A model generated the notes under the pieces. That model made no database searches and was not told where the DNA came from. It saw nothing but the letters and a program-made list of their open reading frames with translations. The translations under genes were made by a program, and so were the position numbers. From Candidatus Jordarchaeales archaeon (GTDB lineage Archaea; Asgardarchaeota; Jordiarchaeia; Jordiarchaeales; Freyrarchaeaceae), in contig JAWAHN010000002.1 of assembly GCA_038889235.1 (NCBI GenBank), positions 224,356 through 256,355 on the forward strand: 32,000 bases of DNA. Reading direction: 5' to 3'. Of this stretch, positions 18,513-27,758 are shown piece by piece. The number at the start of each line of letters is the position of its first letter. Within the stretch, counting starts at the first letter, position 1.

Positions 18513-19292
18513 CTATTCTCCCTTGAACTGTGGTTGTCTCTTTTCTAGGAATGCCCGCATGCCTTCCTTCTGGTCTTGTGTTGCAAAGCAGAGGCTGAAA
18601 GCTGAATTCTCTGTTTCGATTCCGGCGTCTAAGCTACACTCTAACCCCTTCCTTATTACTTTCTTGGCTAGCTTTACAGCTATTGGCGGCTTGTTGGCCA
18701 GTTTATCAGCAAGCTCTTTAACTGCTTCTTCCAATTTATCTTCTGGAACGACTTTGTTGACGAGACCTATCTGTAAAGCTTCTTGGGCGCTGATTCTATC
18801 CCCTGTGAGTATCAACTCCATTGCTTTAGCTGCCCCGACAAGTTTTGGTAGGCGTAGACATCCTCCCCACCCTGGAATTATGCCCAAGTTTATTTCTGGC
18901 TGTCCAAGCCAGGCTTTTTCACTTGCTATTCTTATGTCGCATGCTAGTGCCAGTTCACACCCTCCTCCCAGAGCGTAGCCGTTTATCGCGGCAATGACTG
19001 GTATGTCTAGTTCTTCCAGCATTCTAAACACCTTGTGTCCTCGCAGCGACGCCTCTTTAGCTTGGAGAGGTGTAGCTTCCACCATAGCCCCAACGTCTGC
19101 TCCAGCTGAGAAAGCCTTACCCGACCCTGTTATCACGAGCACCCTTATGTCCCTGTCAGACTTAACCTCCTCTATTGCCTTTCCCAGCTCCTCTATTAGT
19201 TCGGGGTTCAATGCGTTAAGCTTGTCAGGTCTGTTCAAAATTATCCTCGCAATTCTCCCTTCCTTCCTAAGTATGATGTTTTTGTAGCTCAT
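18513..19292 (-). CDS. crt: Enoyl-CoA hydratase (crotonase)
   Basis: LNRPDKLNAL, FSAGAD, AINGYALGGGCELALACD and QPEINLGIIPGWGG (both catalytic Glu). Start at MSYKN behind a GGTGAGG RBS. Confidence 0.93.
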   Translation of the reverse strand: MSYKNIILRKEGRIARIILNRPDKLNALNPELIEELGKAIEEVKSDRDIRVLVITGSGKAFSAGADVGAMVEATPLQAKEASLRGHKVFRMLEELDIPVIAAINGYALGGGCELALACDIRIASEKAWLGQPEINLGIIPGWGGCLRLPKLVGAAKAMELILTGDRISAQEALQIGLVNKVVPEDKLEEAVKELADKLANKPPIAVKLAKKVIRKGLECSLDAGIETENSAFSLCFATQDQKEGMRAFLEKRQPQFKGE

Positions 19293-19471
19293 TCGCCTCA
19301 CCTTTTCCTTCATCCTACAGTGGCACTTACCGAAGAGAATCCTTCTCCTTATAAAATGTTATGCCCAAACTGCTTTTAGAAAAGTCGAGTACAGTAATTC
19401 TTCAATGTTTTGGGATGATTCTAAGAAAAGTCTTTTGAATTTCACGTCCTTCCTTTTATTTTGGTGATTCT

Positions 19472-20074
19472 TTGCCATCCTTGGATGATAGGCGAAGCGA
19501 GGTTGCAAGGGAAGCGGCGCGCCTCCTCTACTTTCGGTTGGCGTCGGAGTATTACGAGGCGAAACGCCAAGCTGCCAGGAATCTTGGAGTGCGCGTGCTT
19601 CCAGCAAACAAGGAAGTTGCAATAGAGCTTGACAAGCTTGCAAGCCTTTTGGAAGGAGAGCAGAGAATTGAAAGGTTGAAAGAGCTGAGAAAGGAAGCGT
19701 TGGAGGTCATGGTGATGCTTGAGCGCTTCAACCCGGTTCTCATAGGTTCAGTGTGGAGGGGGACTGCAAGGGTTGGAAGTGATATAGACATCAGGGTTTT
19801 CGCAGAAGACCCCCAGGAAGTTGTTGAAGAGCTGGTTCGTAGGGGAGTAGATGTGAAGGTGAAACTTCTAGGAAAAGACAAGTCAAAAAAGTATGTTCAC
19901 ATATATTTCAAGACCAAGAGGGGAAATGACGTTGAGGTTGTTGTCCGCCCAATGGAAGAAAGAAGTCTGAGGGAGACGTGCGACATATTTGGAGACGTGA
20001 TTAAAGGGTTAACTATAAACGAGCTGAAGAAGGTTCTTGAAGAAGACCCGGCTAAGAAATTCGTCCCCGAGTAA
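19472..20074 (+). CDS. Nucleotidyltransferase (pol-beta/MNT-like) domain protein with N-terminal helical domain
   Basis: LIGSVWRG...SDIDIRVF (GS...DxD) and a third acidic residue in DVEVVV. Confidence 0.8.
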   Translation: MPSLDDRRSEVAREAARLLYFRLASEYYEAKRQAARNLGVRVLPANKEVAIELDKLASLLEGEQRIERLKELRKEALEVMVMLERFNPVLIGSVWRGTARVGSDIDIRVFAEDPQEVVEELVRRGVDVKVKLLGKDKSKKYVHIYFKTKRGNDVEVVVRPMEERSLRETCDIFGDVIKGLTINELKKVLEEDPAKKFVPE

Positions 20075-20107
20075 CTCGGGTATCGCTGCATGTGGCTGGT
20101 GGTTTAA

Positions 20108-21385
20108 TTGAAAGCTGTCGTCCTCGCCGCCGGTGAAGGGACAAGAATGTTCCCGCTAACTTACGCGTGCCCTAAGCCACTCCTCCCCGTCTCCGGAAAA
20201 CCAGCTTTAAAACACATTCTTGAAGGGTTGAAAGAGAGCGGGGTAAGCGAAGTGCTAGTGGTGGTGGGTAGACGCCAAATAGACCTTGTGAGGGAAGCGT
20301 TAAGTGACATTAAACTAAAACTAGAGTATGTGGTCCAGGAAGAGCCTAAGGGGACCGCTCACGCGGCAAGCCTTGCTGAAACTTTTGTTGGGGGAGAAGA
20401 CTTCCTGCTTATAAACGGCGACGTTCTTGTACCAAAAAACTTCTACAAGAAAGTGTTGGAAGTTTTCCGCGACAGTGGGGGAAACGTGGTCTCATTAGCG
20501 AGGGTGGAAAATGTATCCAACTATGGTTTAGTTGAAGTCGAGCGGGGGCGTGTGGTTCGCATCGTGGAGAAGCCAGAAAGGGGGGAAGGGGGTCTGGTGA
20601 ACGCCGGGATTTACGCTTTTACCAACGAGGTCTTCGAAGAACTTAAAAGGACGCCTGTCTCGAAGCGGGGGGAGTACGAGCTAACTGATACTATACAGCG
20701 TATGATAGACCGAGGCTTGCCCGTTGTGCCGTGCGAAGTCGAAGGGTGGTGGGTGGATTTAGGTTACCCTTGGGATCTCCTACGTGCAAACGAACTAGTA
20801 ATGGAAAATAGTAGAGGGGAACTTGTAGTCCATGAGGGGGCTAGAGTAGAGGGCGGGGCAACCATACACCCGCCAGTGCATGTTGGAGATGGAAGTGTTA
20901 TCAAGGCGGGTGCCTACATTGAGGGGCCAGTCTATATAGGGCGGAACAGCGTCATAGGGCCGAACTGTTACATCAGGCCGTACACCTTTATAGGAGATCG
21001 TTGTCACATAGGTAACGCTTGCGAGGTTAAAAACTCAATAATAATGGATGGCACGAACATAGCCCACCTCTCATACGTTGGGGACAGCATAGTTGGGAGA
21101 AACGTGAACTTGGGAGCTGGAACTATAACGGCAAACCTTCGTTTCGATGAAAAAACTGTCAAGTCGACAGTTAAAGGAAAAAGAGTTGATACGGGGAGAA
21201 GAAAGATGGGCGCTGTCATAGGAGATAACGTAAAAACAGGGGTGGGAGCGATGTTCATGCCGGGCGTCATAGTGGGGCCAGATTCCATCATAGGGCCAGG
21301 AGTGGTAGTAGCGGAGAATATTCCGCAAGGTGTCACGGTCCTAGTGAAGCAGGAGCTCCAAGTGGTGCGGAGAAACTTCCAGTAA
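20108..21385 (+). CDS. glmU: Archaeal GlmU-type bifunctional sugar-1-phosphate nucleotidyltransferase/acetyltransferase
   Basis: LAAGEGTRM.P...PKPL, QEEPKGTA, NGD, EKP and RGEYELTD, followed by an LbH domain with HLSYVGDS and GAGTITANLR. Confidence 0.88.
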   Translation: MKAVVLAAGEGTRMFPLTYACPKPLLPVSGKPALKHILEGLKESGVSEVLVVVGRRQIDLVREALSDIKLKLEYVVQEEPKGTAHAASLAETFVGGEDFLLINGDVLVPKNFYKKVLEVFRDSGGNVVSLARVENVSNYGLVEVERGRVVRIVEKPERGEGGLVNAGIYAFTNEVFEELKRTPVSKRGEYELTDTIQRMIDRGLPVVPCEVEGWWVDLGYPWDLLRANELVMENSRGELVVHEGARVEGGATIHPPVHVGDGSVIKAGAYIEGPVYIGRNSVIGPNCYIRPYTFIGDRCHIGNACEVKNSIIMDGTNIAHLSYVGDSIVGRNVNLGAGTITANLRFDEKTVKSTVKGKRVDTGRRKMGAVIGDNVKTGVGAMFMPGVIVGPDSIIGPGVVVAENIPQGVTVLVKQELQVVRRNFQ

Positions 21386-21578
21386 CACGAACTTCATCAA
21401 CCCCACGGAGGGCTTGCAGCCGGTGTAAAAAAAAGCGGTTAAGCTGGAAATATTGCGATCCCTCTCCAGGAGGAGGGTTTACTTCTTGCGGTGTAATTCA
21501 TACATCTTGAATTATAAACGAAATCCTTTAATTTTGGTTAAGAACTAAGATATTTAGACAAGTAGTGAAGGTGTTTGT

Positions 21579-21878
21579 GTGATGATAAGTTCGAAAGTTT
21601 TCCAAAGAACGTTGCAAGAGCTCCAAAAACATCCGGGAGTTAAAGGGGTTATAGTCACAAGTAGCGAGGGACTCCCAATAAGTACAACACTTGACCCACA
21701 AAAAACTGAAACGATTTCAGCACTCGTAACATCACTGGTGGGAAAAGCTAGGAGTGTTGTGAAAGAAATGGGCGAAGGCACTTTGAAATTTCTCACTTTA
21801 GACGCAGGCAAGAGTGAAATTCAGATAGCTCCAGAGCAAGAGTTCGTGTTGATAGTTCTCAGAGAGAAACCAGAATAG
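21579..21878 (+). CDS. Roadblock/LC7 domain protein
   Basis: [17 protein letters not shown]...ISALVTSL; 99 aa in the DYNLRB-like size class. Confidence 0.88.
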   Translation: MMISSKVFQRTLQELQKHPGVKGVIVTSSEGLPISTTLDPQKTETISALVTSLVGKARSVVKEMGEGTLKFLTLDAGKSEIQIAPEQEFVLIVLREKPE

Positions 21879-21952
21879 TGGTTAATGCGAAAATCAAATA
21901 TATGTAACGTTCTCTTAAAGTGTAGTTGAAACTCCCCGGGGGAACAACTGCC

Positions 21953-22420
21953 ATGACGGTAGATGTGAAAGCGTTCGAGCGCATATTAGCTGATGTGATT
22001 AAAGCGGAAAGTGGTATAAAGAAAGTGATTCTTGTCGACCGCACTGGTCTCACGATAGCTTACACGTCGAGGTTCAGTTATTTCAAAGTAGATGTTGAAG
22101 GGATAGGTGCGATAGCGTCTGCAGTGTATTGTGCCAGTGAAGAGCAAGGAAAAAGCCTTGAGCTCGGCGAGCTCCAGATAGTAACTTCGGAATTTGAGCA
22201 AGGAAAGATATTCGCCTCCAGCTGCGGGAAAGGGATACTCTGTGTCATAACGGACGAAACAGTAAACATTGGGATGGTTCGCCTATTAATGAAGAAAGCA
22301 TCAGAACAGCTCAAAGCGATCCTAGACGAATTCCTGGCAGAAAAGCCCGTGATGCCGTTAACTGAAGGAGAAGAAGAGGAAGAATTGAAAGCTGCTTTCG
22401 GAGAACTAGAAAAAGTCTAA
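21953..22420 (+). CDS. mglB: Roadblock/LC7 protein, MglB-like
   Basis: VILVDRTGLTIA, GAIASA, ILCVITDETVNIGMVRLLMKKASEQL match the MglB pattern. Acidic C-terminal extension; lies directly upstream of the MglA-like gene. Confidence 0.8.
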   Translation: MTVDVKAFERILADVIKAESGIKKVILVDRTGLTIAYTSRFSYFKVDVEGIGAIASAVYCASEEQGKSLELGELQIVTSEFEQGKIFASSCGKGILCVITDETVNIGMVRLLMKKASEQLKAILDEFLAEKPVMPLTEGEEEEELKAAFGELEKV

Positions 22421-22605
22421 ATAATGGTCCTACAGTGATGAAAATATTCTTAAAAAGGAAAGGTGTTGCATGATCAAAAACAGGTATACAAAAGAAAACC
22501 TGCAAGTAATTTATCAAAAATGTTAAAAGATCCACTATTAAAGTAGAAAGGAATGAAAATGCCGTACGGCGCCACTACAATACAAACTAATTAAAGGTGT
22601 AAAAA

Positions 22606-23169
22606 ATGCGGCGCGACGCCCAAGGGCGGTTGAGGTTTAAAATAGTTTTGTGGGGGCCCTCTCTTTCAGGGAAAACAACTTGCTTGCGCTGGATATACGA
22701 AGAACTGACGGGGCTCAACAAAGGTGGTTTTACTTCTGTGGAAGACCCCACGGGGCGAACACTGTACTTTGACTACACTCCGATTTCAGCAACTGGAAAA
22801 GTGATTTTTGACGTCTTTACCACAGCAGGTCAAAAGAGGCACCGCCACCAGAGAAAAATAGTTCTCCAGGGAGCTGATGGTGTGATGTTTGTTGCTGACT
22901 CCTCTCGGAGCCAACTTCAGAACAACATTGAAAGTTTGGAAGAGTTAAAAGGCCTCTTGGGCGACAAGCTAGGCAAAGAGATACCAATGCTGGTCCTGCT
23001 CAACAAAAGAGATCTACCCGACGCGATGCCAAGACAGGAGCTTATATCTGCTTTGAAGGTTGAAGGCTTCCCAGTTTACGAGTCCATTGCTATAAGAGGT
23101 TTGGGTGTTAAGAGGGCTTTCCAGGCAATAGCTAGGGAGGTCCTTTTAAAACACATGTACAAGGTTTAG
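22606..23169 (+). CDS. mglA: MglA-like small GTPase
   Basis: KIVLWGPSLSGKTT, GRTLYFD (MglA RTLFFD), TTAGQ (MglA TVPGQ), VLQGADGVMFVADS and NKRDLP. Confidence 0.88.
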   Translation: MRRDAQGRLRFKIVLWGPSLSGKTTCLRWIYEELTGLNKGGFTSVEDPTGRTLYFDYTPISATGKVIFDVFTTAGQKRHRHQRKIVLQGADGVMFVADSSRSQLQNNIESLEELKGLLGDKLGKEIPMLVLLNKRDLPDAMPRQELISALKVEGFPVYESIAIRGLGVKRAFQAIAREVLLKHMYKV

Positions 23170-23256
23170 TTGAACTCGCTTAAACTGCAGAACATTTAAA
23201 AATGTTTTATAACTCTCCACTTTATGTATTCGTTGAAGGATGGTGAGTGGGCTGGC

Positions 23257-23628
23257 ATGTTGCTGGGGAAAAGTGAGGAAATCGAAAATGTTTTGAGGAA
23301 GCTTCTGGAGGAGGTCCCGCAAATAGAAGGAGCGGCCGTCGTCAGCGTTGAGGGCTTACCTATAGCTTCAAGTTTGCCTCCCGAGATTGATGATGTGAGG
23401 CTCGCAGCTATAACCGCTGCCATACTCAGCTTAGGTGAGAGAGCTGTTCAGGAGTTCGAGAAGGGTTTTGTTGACGAGGTATACGTTAGAGGGAGTGAGG
23501 GTTACATACTCGTTATGGGCGCTGGGCCAAACGCTGTATTGACGGTGAGCGCTTCGAAGGATGCGAACCTTGGTGTGGTCCGCCTTTACATGAAACGGGC
23601 TGCTGAAAAACTAGCAGAGTTAATCTAA
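23257..23628 (+). CDS. Roadblock/LC7 domain protein
   Basis: IEGAAVVSVEGLPIAS, RLAAITAAILSLGERA, EVYVRGSEGY and NLGVVRL. Start placed behind a GGTGA RBS. Confidence 0.92.
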   Translation: MLLGKSEEIENVLRKLLEEVPQIEGAAVVSVEGLPIASSLPPEIDDVRLAAITAAILSLGERAVQEFEKGFVDEVYVRGSEGYILVMGAGPNAVLTVSASKDANLGVVRLYMKRAAEKLAELI

Positions 23629-23640
23629 GCGCGTTTAGAC

Positions 23641-24183
23641 CTAGCAATTAGAGTAAAGCGTCCTGTTTATCCTCGGTATCATGGCCATGATGACCGATAT
23701 CTCGGTTAGTCTCCTCCTGTTTATCACACCATGAGTTAGATACCCTATTGCTCCTTGCTTCCTCCCTAGGTTCTCAATCCCTGTTATTCGGCTCATAACC
23801 TCCCCAACCTCCATTTTCTCTCCAAGTACCATGGCAACCACACGGGGAGGGTACTCAAACCCCGGCCCGCAACCTATAGTTATCCATCCGTCCTTGTCAA
23901 TTATCGCGCAGTACTGGAAATCCATGTAACCCGTCATCGTTGCCGGGACCTTTACGAGTCCCGCCTCTATACCGACTCCTAAGTCTGCACCAGTTCGAGT
24001 GAGTGCCTCACGTGCCCTGTTAATTGCCCCTTTAATTGTTTCTTCAGCCCCCACCGGCTGTCTGGAGACTCCGGGGTCGACTTTAACGGAGACCACCTTA
24101 ACGTGCCCAATCAGTTTATGCATTACACGCTTCACGGCCTCTACTTTAACTGGGTTCTCAGAGCCTACGGCCACGATGACCAT
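23641..24183 (-). CDS. yjjX: Inosine/xanthosine triphosphatase (non-canonical purine NTPase)
   Basis: VGSENPVKVEAV, SRQP...ETIKGAINRA, GVGIEAG, KQGAIGYLT and R...T motifs. Confidence 0.92.
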   Translation of the reverse strand: MVIVAVGSENPVKVEAVKRVMHKLIGHVKVVSVKVDPGVSRQPVGAEETIKGAINRAREALTRTGADLGVGIEAGLVKVPATMTGYMDFQYCAIIDKDGWITIGCGPGFEYPPRVVAMVLGEKMEVGEVMSRITGIENLGRKQGAIGYLTHGVINRRRLTEISVIMAMIPRINRTLYSNC

Positions 24184-24334
24184 GCGCTTCGACCTTCTGC
24201 TCCTGCTTGAGGTCTCTTAAATCGAAGAAAGATTTAACCCTTTAGTGGTAAAGAGCTCATGTCTAGTGATGCCAGAACCTGGAGTATTAAAAAGATTTTG
24301 CGTAAAAGCTCTAAAAAAGACAAAGGTGTTTACC

Positions 24335-25390
24335 TTGCACGAACAACGTCTCAAGAGTTTAAGGAACGTGATGAACGATCTCGATGCCTTTCTCACAACT
24401 AGCAGCGCTAATATATGGTACTTGACAGGCTTCTTCCCCGGCTTTCCCTCCCTCCTCTTTGTTCCTAAGGATGGTGAAGTTGCGCTTTTAGTGTCCAAGG
24501 CTGATGCCGCCCCAGCCGAGGAGAAGTGCCGCTTCAGGATCGAAGTTACCGGTAGCGAAGGCTTCACCGGGAAACTCAAAGAGTTCATCAAACCCGAGTT
24601 TAAGAAGGTAGGTGTCGAAGAAAGTCTTGAAGCAGGCACACTTTCACGTCTAATGAAAGAATTTCCTACTATTTCATTCGAACTTTTTAATGGCTTGCGC
24701 AGTATTAGGAGTGTTAAGTCTCCAAGTGAAATCAAAGAAATTCAGAAGTCCGTAAAGATAGCCGAAGCGGGGATGAAGGCGGCTATTGAATCGGTAAATG
24801 TAGGGGTGCGAGAGTGCGATGTAGCTGCAGAGGCAGAATATGAGATGAGAAGGCTGGGGGCAGAAGCTTTCCCCTTCGACACGATAGTCGCCTCTGGGAA
24901 GAAGGCCGCACTCCCACATGCAACCACTAGCACTAAGAAAATAGAGCGCGGGGACGTTGTAGTCATAGATCTTGGGGCAAAATATAGGTACTACTGCTCG
25001 GATATCACAAGGACAGCCATAGTAGGAAGAAACGATAAAATGGAGAAAGTGTTAAGGTCAGTTATAAGGTCTCAGGAAGCCGCTCTCAGTATGGTTAAAC
25101 CGGAAGTGGCCTGTAACGAGCTGGATTCCGCGGCGAGGAAAGTTCTAGAAGCTGACGGCTACGACAAGTATTTCCCCCACAGTCTAGGGCATGGCATAGG
25201 GCTGGATGTCCACGAGCTCCCTTCATTAAACCCGACAAGCAGGGATAAATTGAAAGAGAATATGGTCTTTACCGTGGAACCGGGCGTCTATATATACGGG
25301 ACCGGAGGGGTGCGCGTAGAAGATATCGTAGTAGTTGAGAAAAAAAGAGGAAAAACCCTTACGAGGATTCCTAAGGAAATCTTCATCTGA
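24335..25390 (+). CDS. Xaa-Pro aminopeptidase/prolidase (M24B)
   Basis: PHA, IDLGA...YCSDITRT, HSLGHGIGLDVHE, TVEPGVY and GVRVED. Start likely the TTG at 24335 (GGTG RBS) rather than 24245. Confidence 0.92.
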   Translation: MHEQRLKSLRNVMNDLDAFLTTSSANIWYLTGFFPGFPSLLFVPKDGEVALLVSKADAAPAEEKCRFRIEVTGSEGFTGKLKEFIKPEFKKVGVEESLEAGTLSRLMKEFPTISFELFNGLRSIRSVKSPSEIKEIQKSVKIAEAGMKAAIESVNVGVRECDVAAEAEYEMRRLGAEAFPFDTIVASGKKAALPHATTSTKKIERGDVVVIDLGAKYRYYCSDITRTAIVGRNDKMEKVLRSVIRSQEAALSMVKPEVACNELDSAARKVLEADGYDKYFPHSLGHGIGLDVHELPSLNPTSRDKLKENMVFTVEPGVYIYGTGGVRVEDIVVVEKKRGKTLTRIPKEIFI

Positions 25391-26158
25391 GTTCCACCAT
25401 AACGTGAACTCGTAAGCTCTACTTTCTAATAAAGTCTCTTATCCTCAAGCTTAAATCCATCTAAACCCCTCAATTCTATTTGCTTGCAACCGTGAACCTT
25501 CAACCACCCTCCTTGAACTTCTGCTTGAAAGTCTGATTATTGCTATCGGTGAATACTATTCGTGCCCAGGCTACTCTCACACGCCAGCAGCCAAGAAGTT
25601 ATGATACAGAGGACATGTTTTTGTTTATTAGCACAAAATTACCGTGCAACTTTACAGGCAACTGCCCTTTTAGCGTAACGGCGCTTAATTAGGAATTAAG
25701 GAGCTCTCAACGAAGTTTTTCCAACCTTTCCTGCTCAGCATTGTTCTACTAAAAATAGTTTCATACGCGTAATTATAACTGTAAAGATTTACTTGAAATA
25801 ACTATTTTCGCGTTTTTAATCCCAAGACGTCTCTTTTTTGATGGAGACGAGCAACCTATCCTGGGAATAACTCCTGTAATCTGGTGCTACTCCGTCTTCC
25901 CCCTCCTTAAGGCCGGCTCCGCATGCGGCTAAATTTCCTTTTCCTAACTCAAGAACAGCTTCACTAACTTTCTTGGAAATCGAAACTAGAACACAAACTT
26001 GCCCTTCAGCTTTTCAGTAAAAATTTCCCTCTCTACTAAGGCGGGAAACTATGAGCTGGAGGGAAACATTAATAAAGCCTTTACATATGATTGGATAACC
26101 AATGCTTGATTTAGACCTATGTAATTTCAGAGCTTTAAAAATGTAAAGGTGAAAATTA

Positions 26159-27343
26159 ATGGTCGAAGTCTATATATGTGACACGACACTTAGAGACGGA
26201 AGACAAATGCCTGGAGTGTACTTCACTCTCTACGAGTGCATTGAAATAGCTAGGATGCTCGACGAGATCGGAGTCGAACAGATAGAAGTGTTCTCGCCGT
26301 CATACTTGATCAAAGACTACTACTTGATCAGGGAGCTCAATAAGTACGGCTTAACAGACAAGCTCCTGGTCTGGCACAGAGGACTAAAGAAGGATCTGGA
26401 AAAATCCATTGGAACAAAGCTAGACTTCAAGGCAGTTGCTCTCTCAATAGCCACAGAAAAAGAGCACAGAGAGAAAAAGTTGCGCATGACAAAGGAACAA
26501 ATTATAGAAACGATGTGTGAAGCGGTAACATACGCCAAGGAACACGGTCTCTACGTATCGGTTAACGCGGAGAAAAGTGTCGGAACAGAGCTGGACTACT
26601 TGGTGGAGTTTGCTAACAAAGTTGCAGAAGCGGGTGCTGACAGAATAAGGTTCTGTGACACGTTAGGCGAGCTAACTCCACATGAAACCTATGAAATAAT
26701 CTCCCAACTGGTCAAAATGGTCAAAATACCCATAGAGTTCCATGGACACGACGACCTAGGACTGGCTGTAGGAAACGCCCTTGAAGCTCTCAGAGCTGGA
26801 GCCAAGTGGATTGACACCAGTGTGTGCCGCTTAGGTGAAAGAGGAGGTTTCGCCTCGCTCGAAGCAATAATCTACAACCTCTATAAGCACTTCAACGTAA
26901 CAAAGTACAAAATCAACATGCTCGCCAAAATAGCGTCCTTTGTCGAGAAAGCCTCAGGGATAAACCTACCGCCAAACACTCCTATAGTTGGAAGAAACAT
27001 AAGCCGCCACGAAAGTGGAATACACGCCCACGGCGTTCTCAGAGATATCTCACTCTACGAGAGAGTTAGAGCCGAGGAAGTCGGCCTATCCCAGTACGGG
27101 AATCTAAAGGAAAGGATAGTTATAGGAGAAACTAGTGGAAGAGAAAGCATACTCTTCGTACTGAACAACGCAGGGATAAACATAGATAAGGATGACCCCA
27201 TACTAGGCAAGCTAATCCGTAAGATACAGGAGCAATACCTGTTCGGAAGAAAGACCAACGTCTCACATGAAGAAGTAATTGAACTCTACAGACTGATATC
27301 AAACAACAAGATATCAGCGCCAATGATCGAAGAAATGATATAA
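26159..27343 (+). CDS. Homocitrate synthase-like DRE-TIM metallolyase (NifV/AksA/LeuA family) lacking C-terminal regulatory domain
   Basis: DTTLRDG, IRFCDTLG, EFHGHDDLGLA, LGERGG and HESGIH. At 394 aa it has no LeuA allosteric domain. Confidence 0.8.
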   Translation: MVEVYICDTTLRDGRQMPGVYFTLYECIEIARMLDEIGVEQIEVFSPSYLIKDYYLIRELNKYGLTDKLLVWHRGLKKDLEKSIGTKLDFKAVALSIATEKEHREKKLRMTKEQIIETMCEAVTYAKEHGLYVSVNAEKSVGTELDYLVEFANKVAEAGADRIRFCDTLGELTPHETYEIISQLVKMVKIPIEFHGHDDLGLAVGNALEALRAGAKWIDTSVCRLGERGGFASLEAIIYNLYKHFNVTKYKINMLAKIASFVEKASGINLPPNTPIVGRNISRHESGIHAHGVLRDISLYERVRAEEVGLSQYGNLKERIVIGETSGRESILFVLNNAGINIDKDDPILGKLIRKIQEQYLFGRKTNVSHEEVIELYRLISNNKISAPMIEEMI

Positions 27344-27361
27344 CATAAAAATCCTCTTTTT

Positions 27362-27598
27362 TCACTCAACTATTTTACGCAGTATAATATGTGTATAAAA
27401 GTTTGTGTTTAGTTCTATTTTTCGTGTAACTTCCCAATATGCTGGGTGCTTTATTTTTAAGGAATACTTGCCTTTGGGTAACTCTATGGAAAACTTTCCT
27501 TCCTCGTTTGTCATGACGATTCTACCTCCAATCTCTACTGGACACATGGGTATTGGTTTCTGATTTTCGTCAGTTATCTTCCCCTCGAGAACCGGAAT
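27362..27598 (-). CDS. Stand-alone carboxypeptidase-regulatory-like (prealbumin-like beta-sandwich) protein, probable ATT start
   Basis: The frame extends 17 codons upstream of the listed ATG, giving xPVLEGKITDENQKPIPMCPVEIGGRIVMTNEEGKFSIELPKGKYSLKIKHPAY, which fits the domain pattern. Confidence 0.6.
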   Translation of the reverse strand: MPVLEGKITDENQKPIPMCPVEIGGRIVMTNEEGKFSIELPKGKYSLKIKHPAYWEVTRKIELNTNFYTHIILRKIVE

Positions 27599-27758
27599 TT
27601 TACCACCCCACCCAGCTAAAGTTTCTCAATATAATACTTCAACTTTTTTTGATAAAAACTTTATTAATAATGAAGAAAAAGAGAAAAAATTATTGGTTAC
27701 TGTCTTCACAAAGTTGATAGTAAGAGAAAACCTTCCACTTGCATGTGACGGTGTTATT

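Noticed and set aside
19472-20074. MNT-HEPN toxin-antitoxin module
   Set aside because: No HEPN partner is adjacent, and the protein is longer than a minimal MNT.
22470-22526. 18-aa ORF (MIKNRYTKENLQVIYQKC) with an AAGGTG RBS between the mglB- and mglA-like genes
   Set aside because: Too short to support. The AT-rich context looks like a promoter region; it needs conservation or Ribo-seq evidence.
11486-24183. Dedicated nucleotide-sanitation cluster (MazG-like, PPase, DUF72, YjjX)
   Set aside because: The genes are dispersed on different strands, and this density is ordinary for a core archaeal region.
25426-25503. 25-aa minus-strand ORF (MKVHGCKQIELRGLDGFKLEDKRLY) with a strong GGAGGGTGG RBS
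   Set aside because: No recognisable motif, and coding status cannot be established from sequence alone.
25826-25847. Short hairpin CGTCTC-N10-GAGACG
   Set aside because: A 6-bp stem is expected by chance, and it has no clear functional position.
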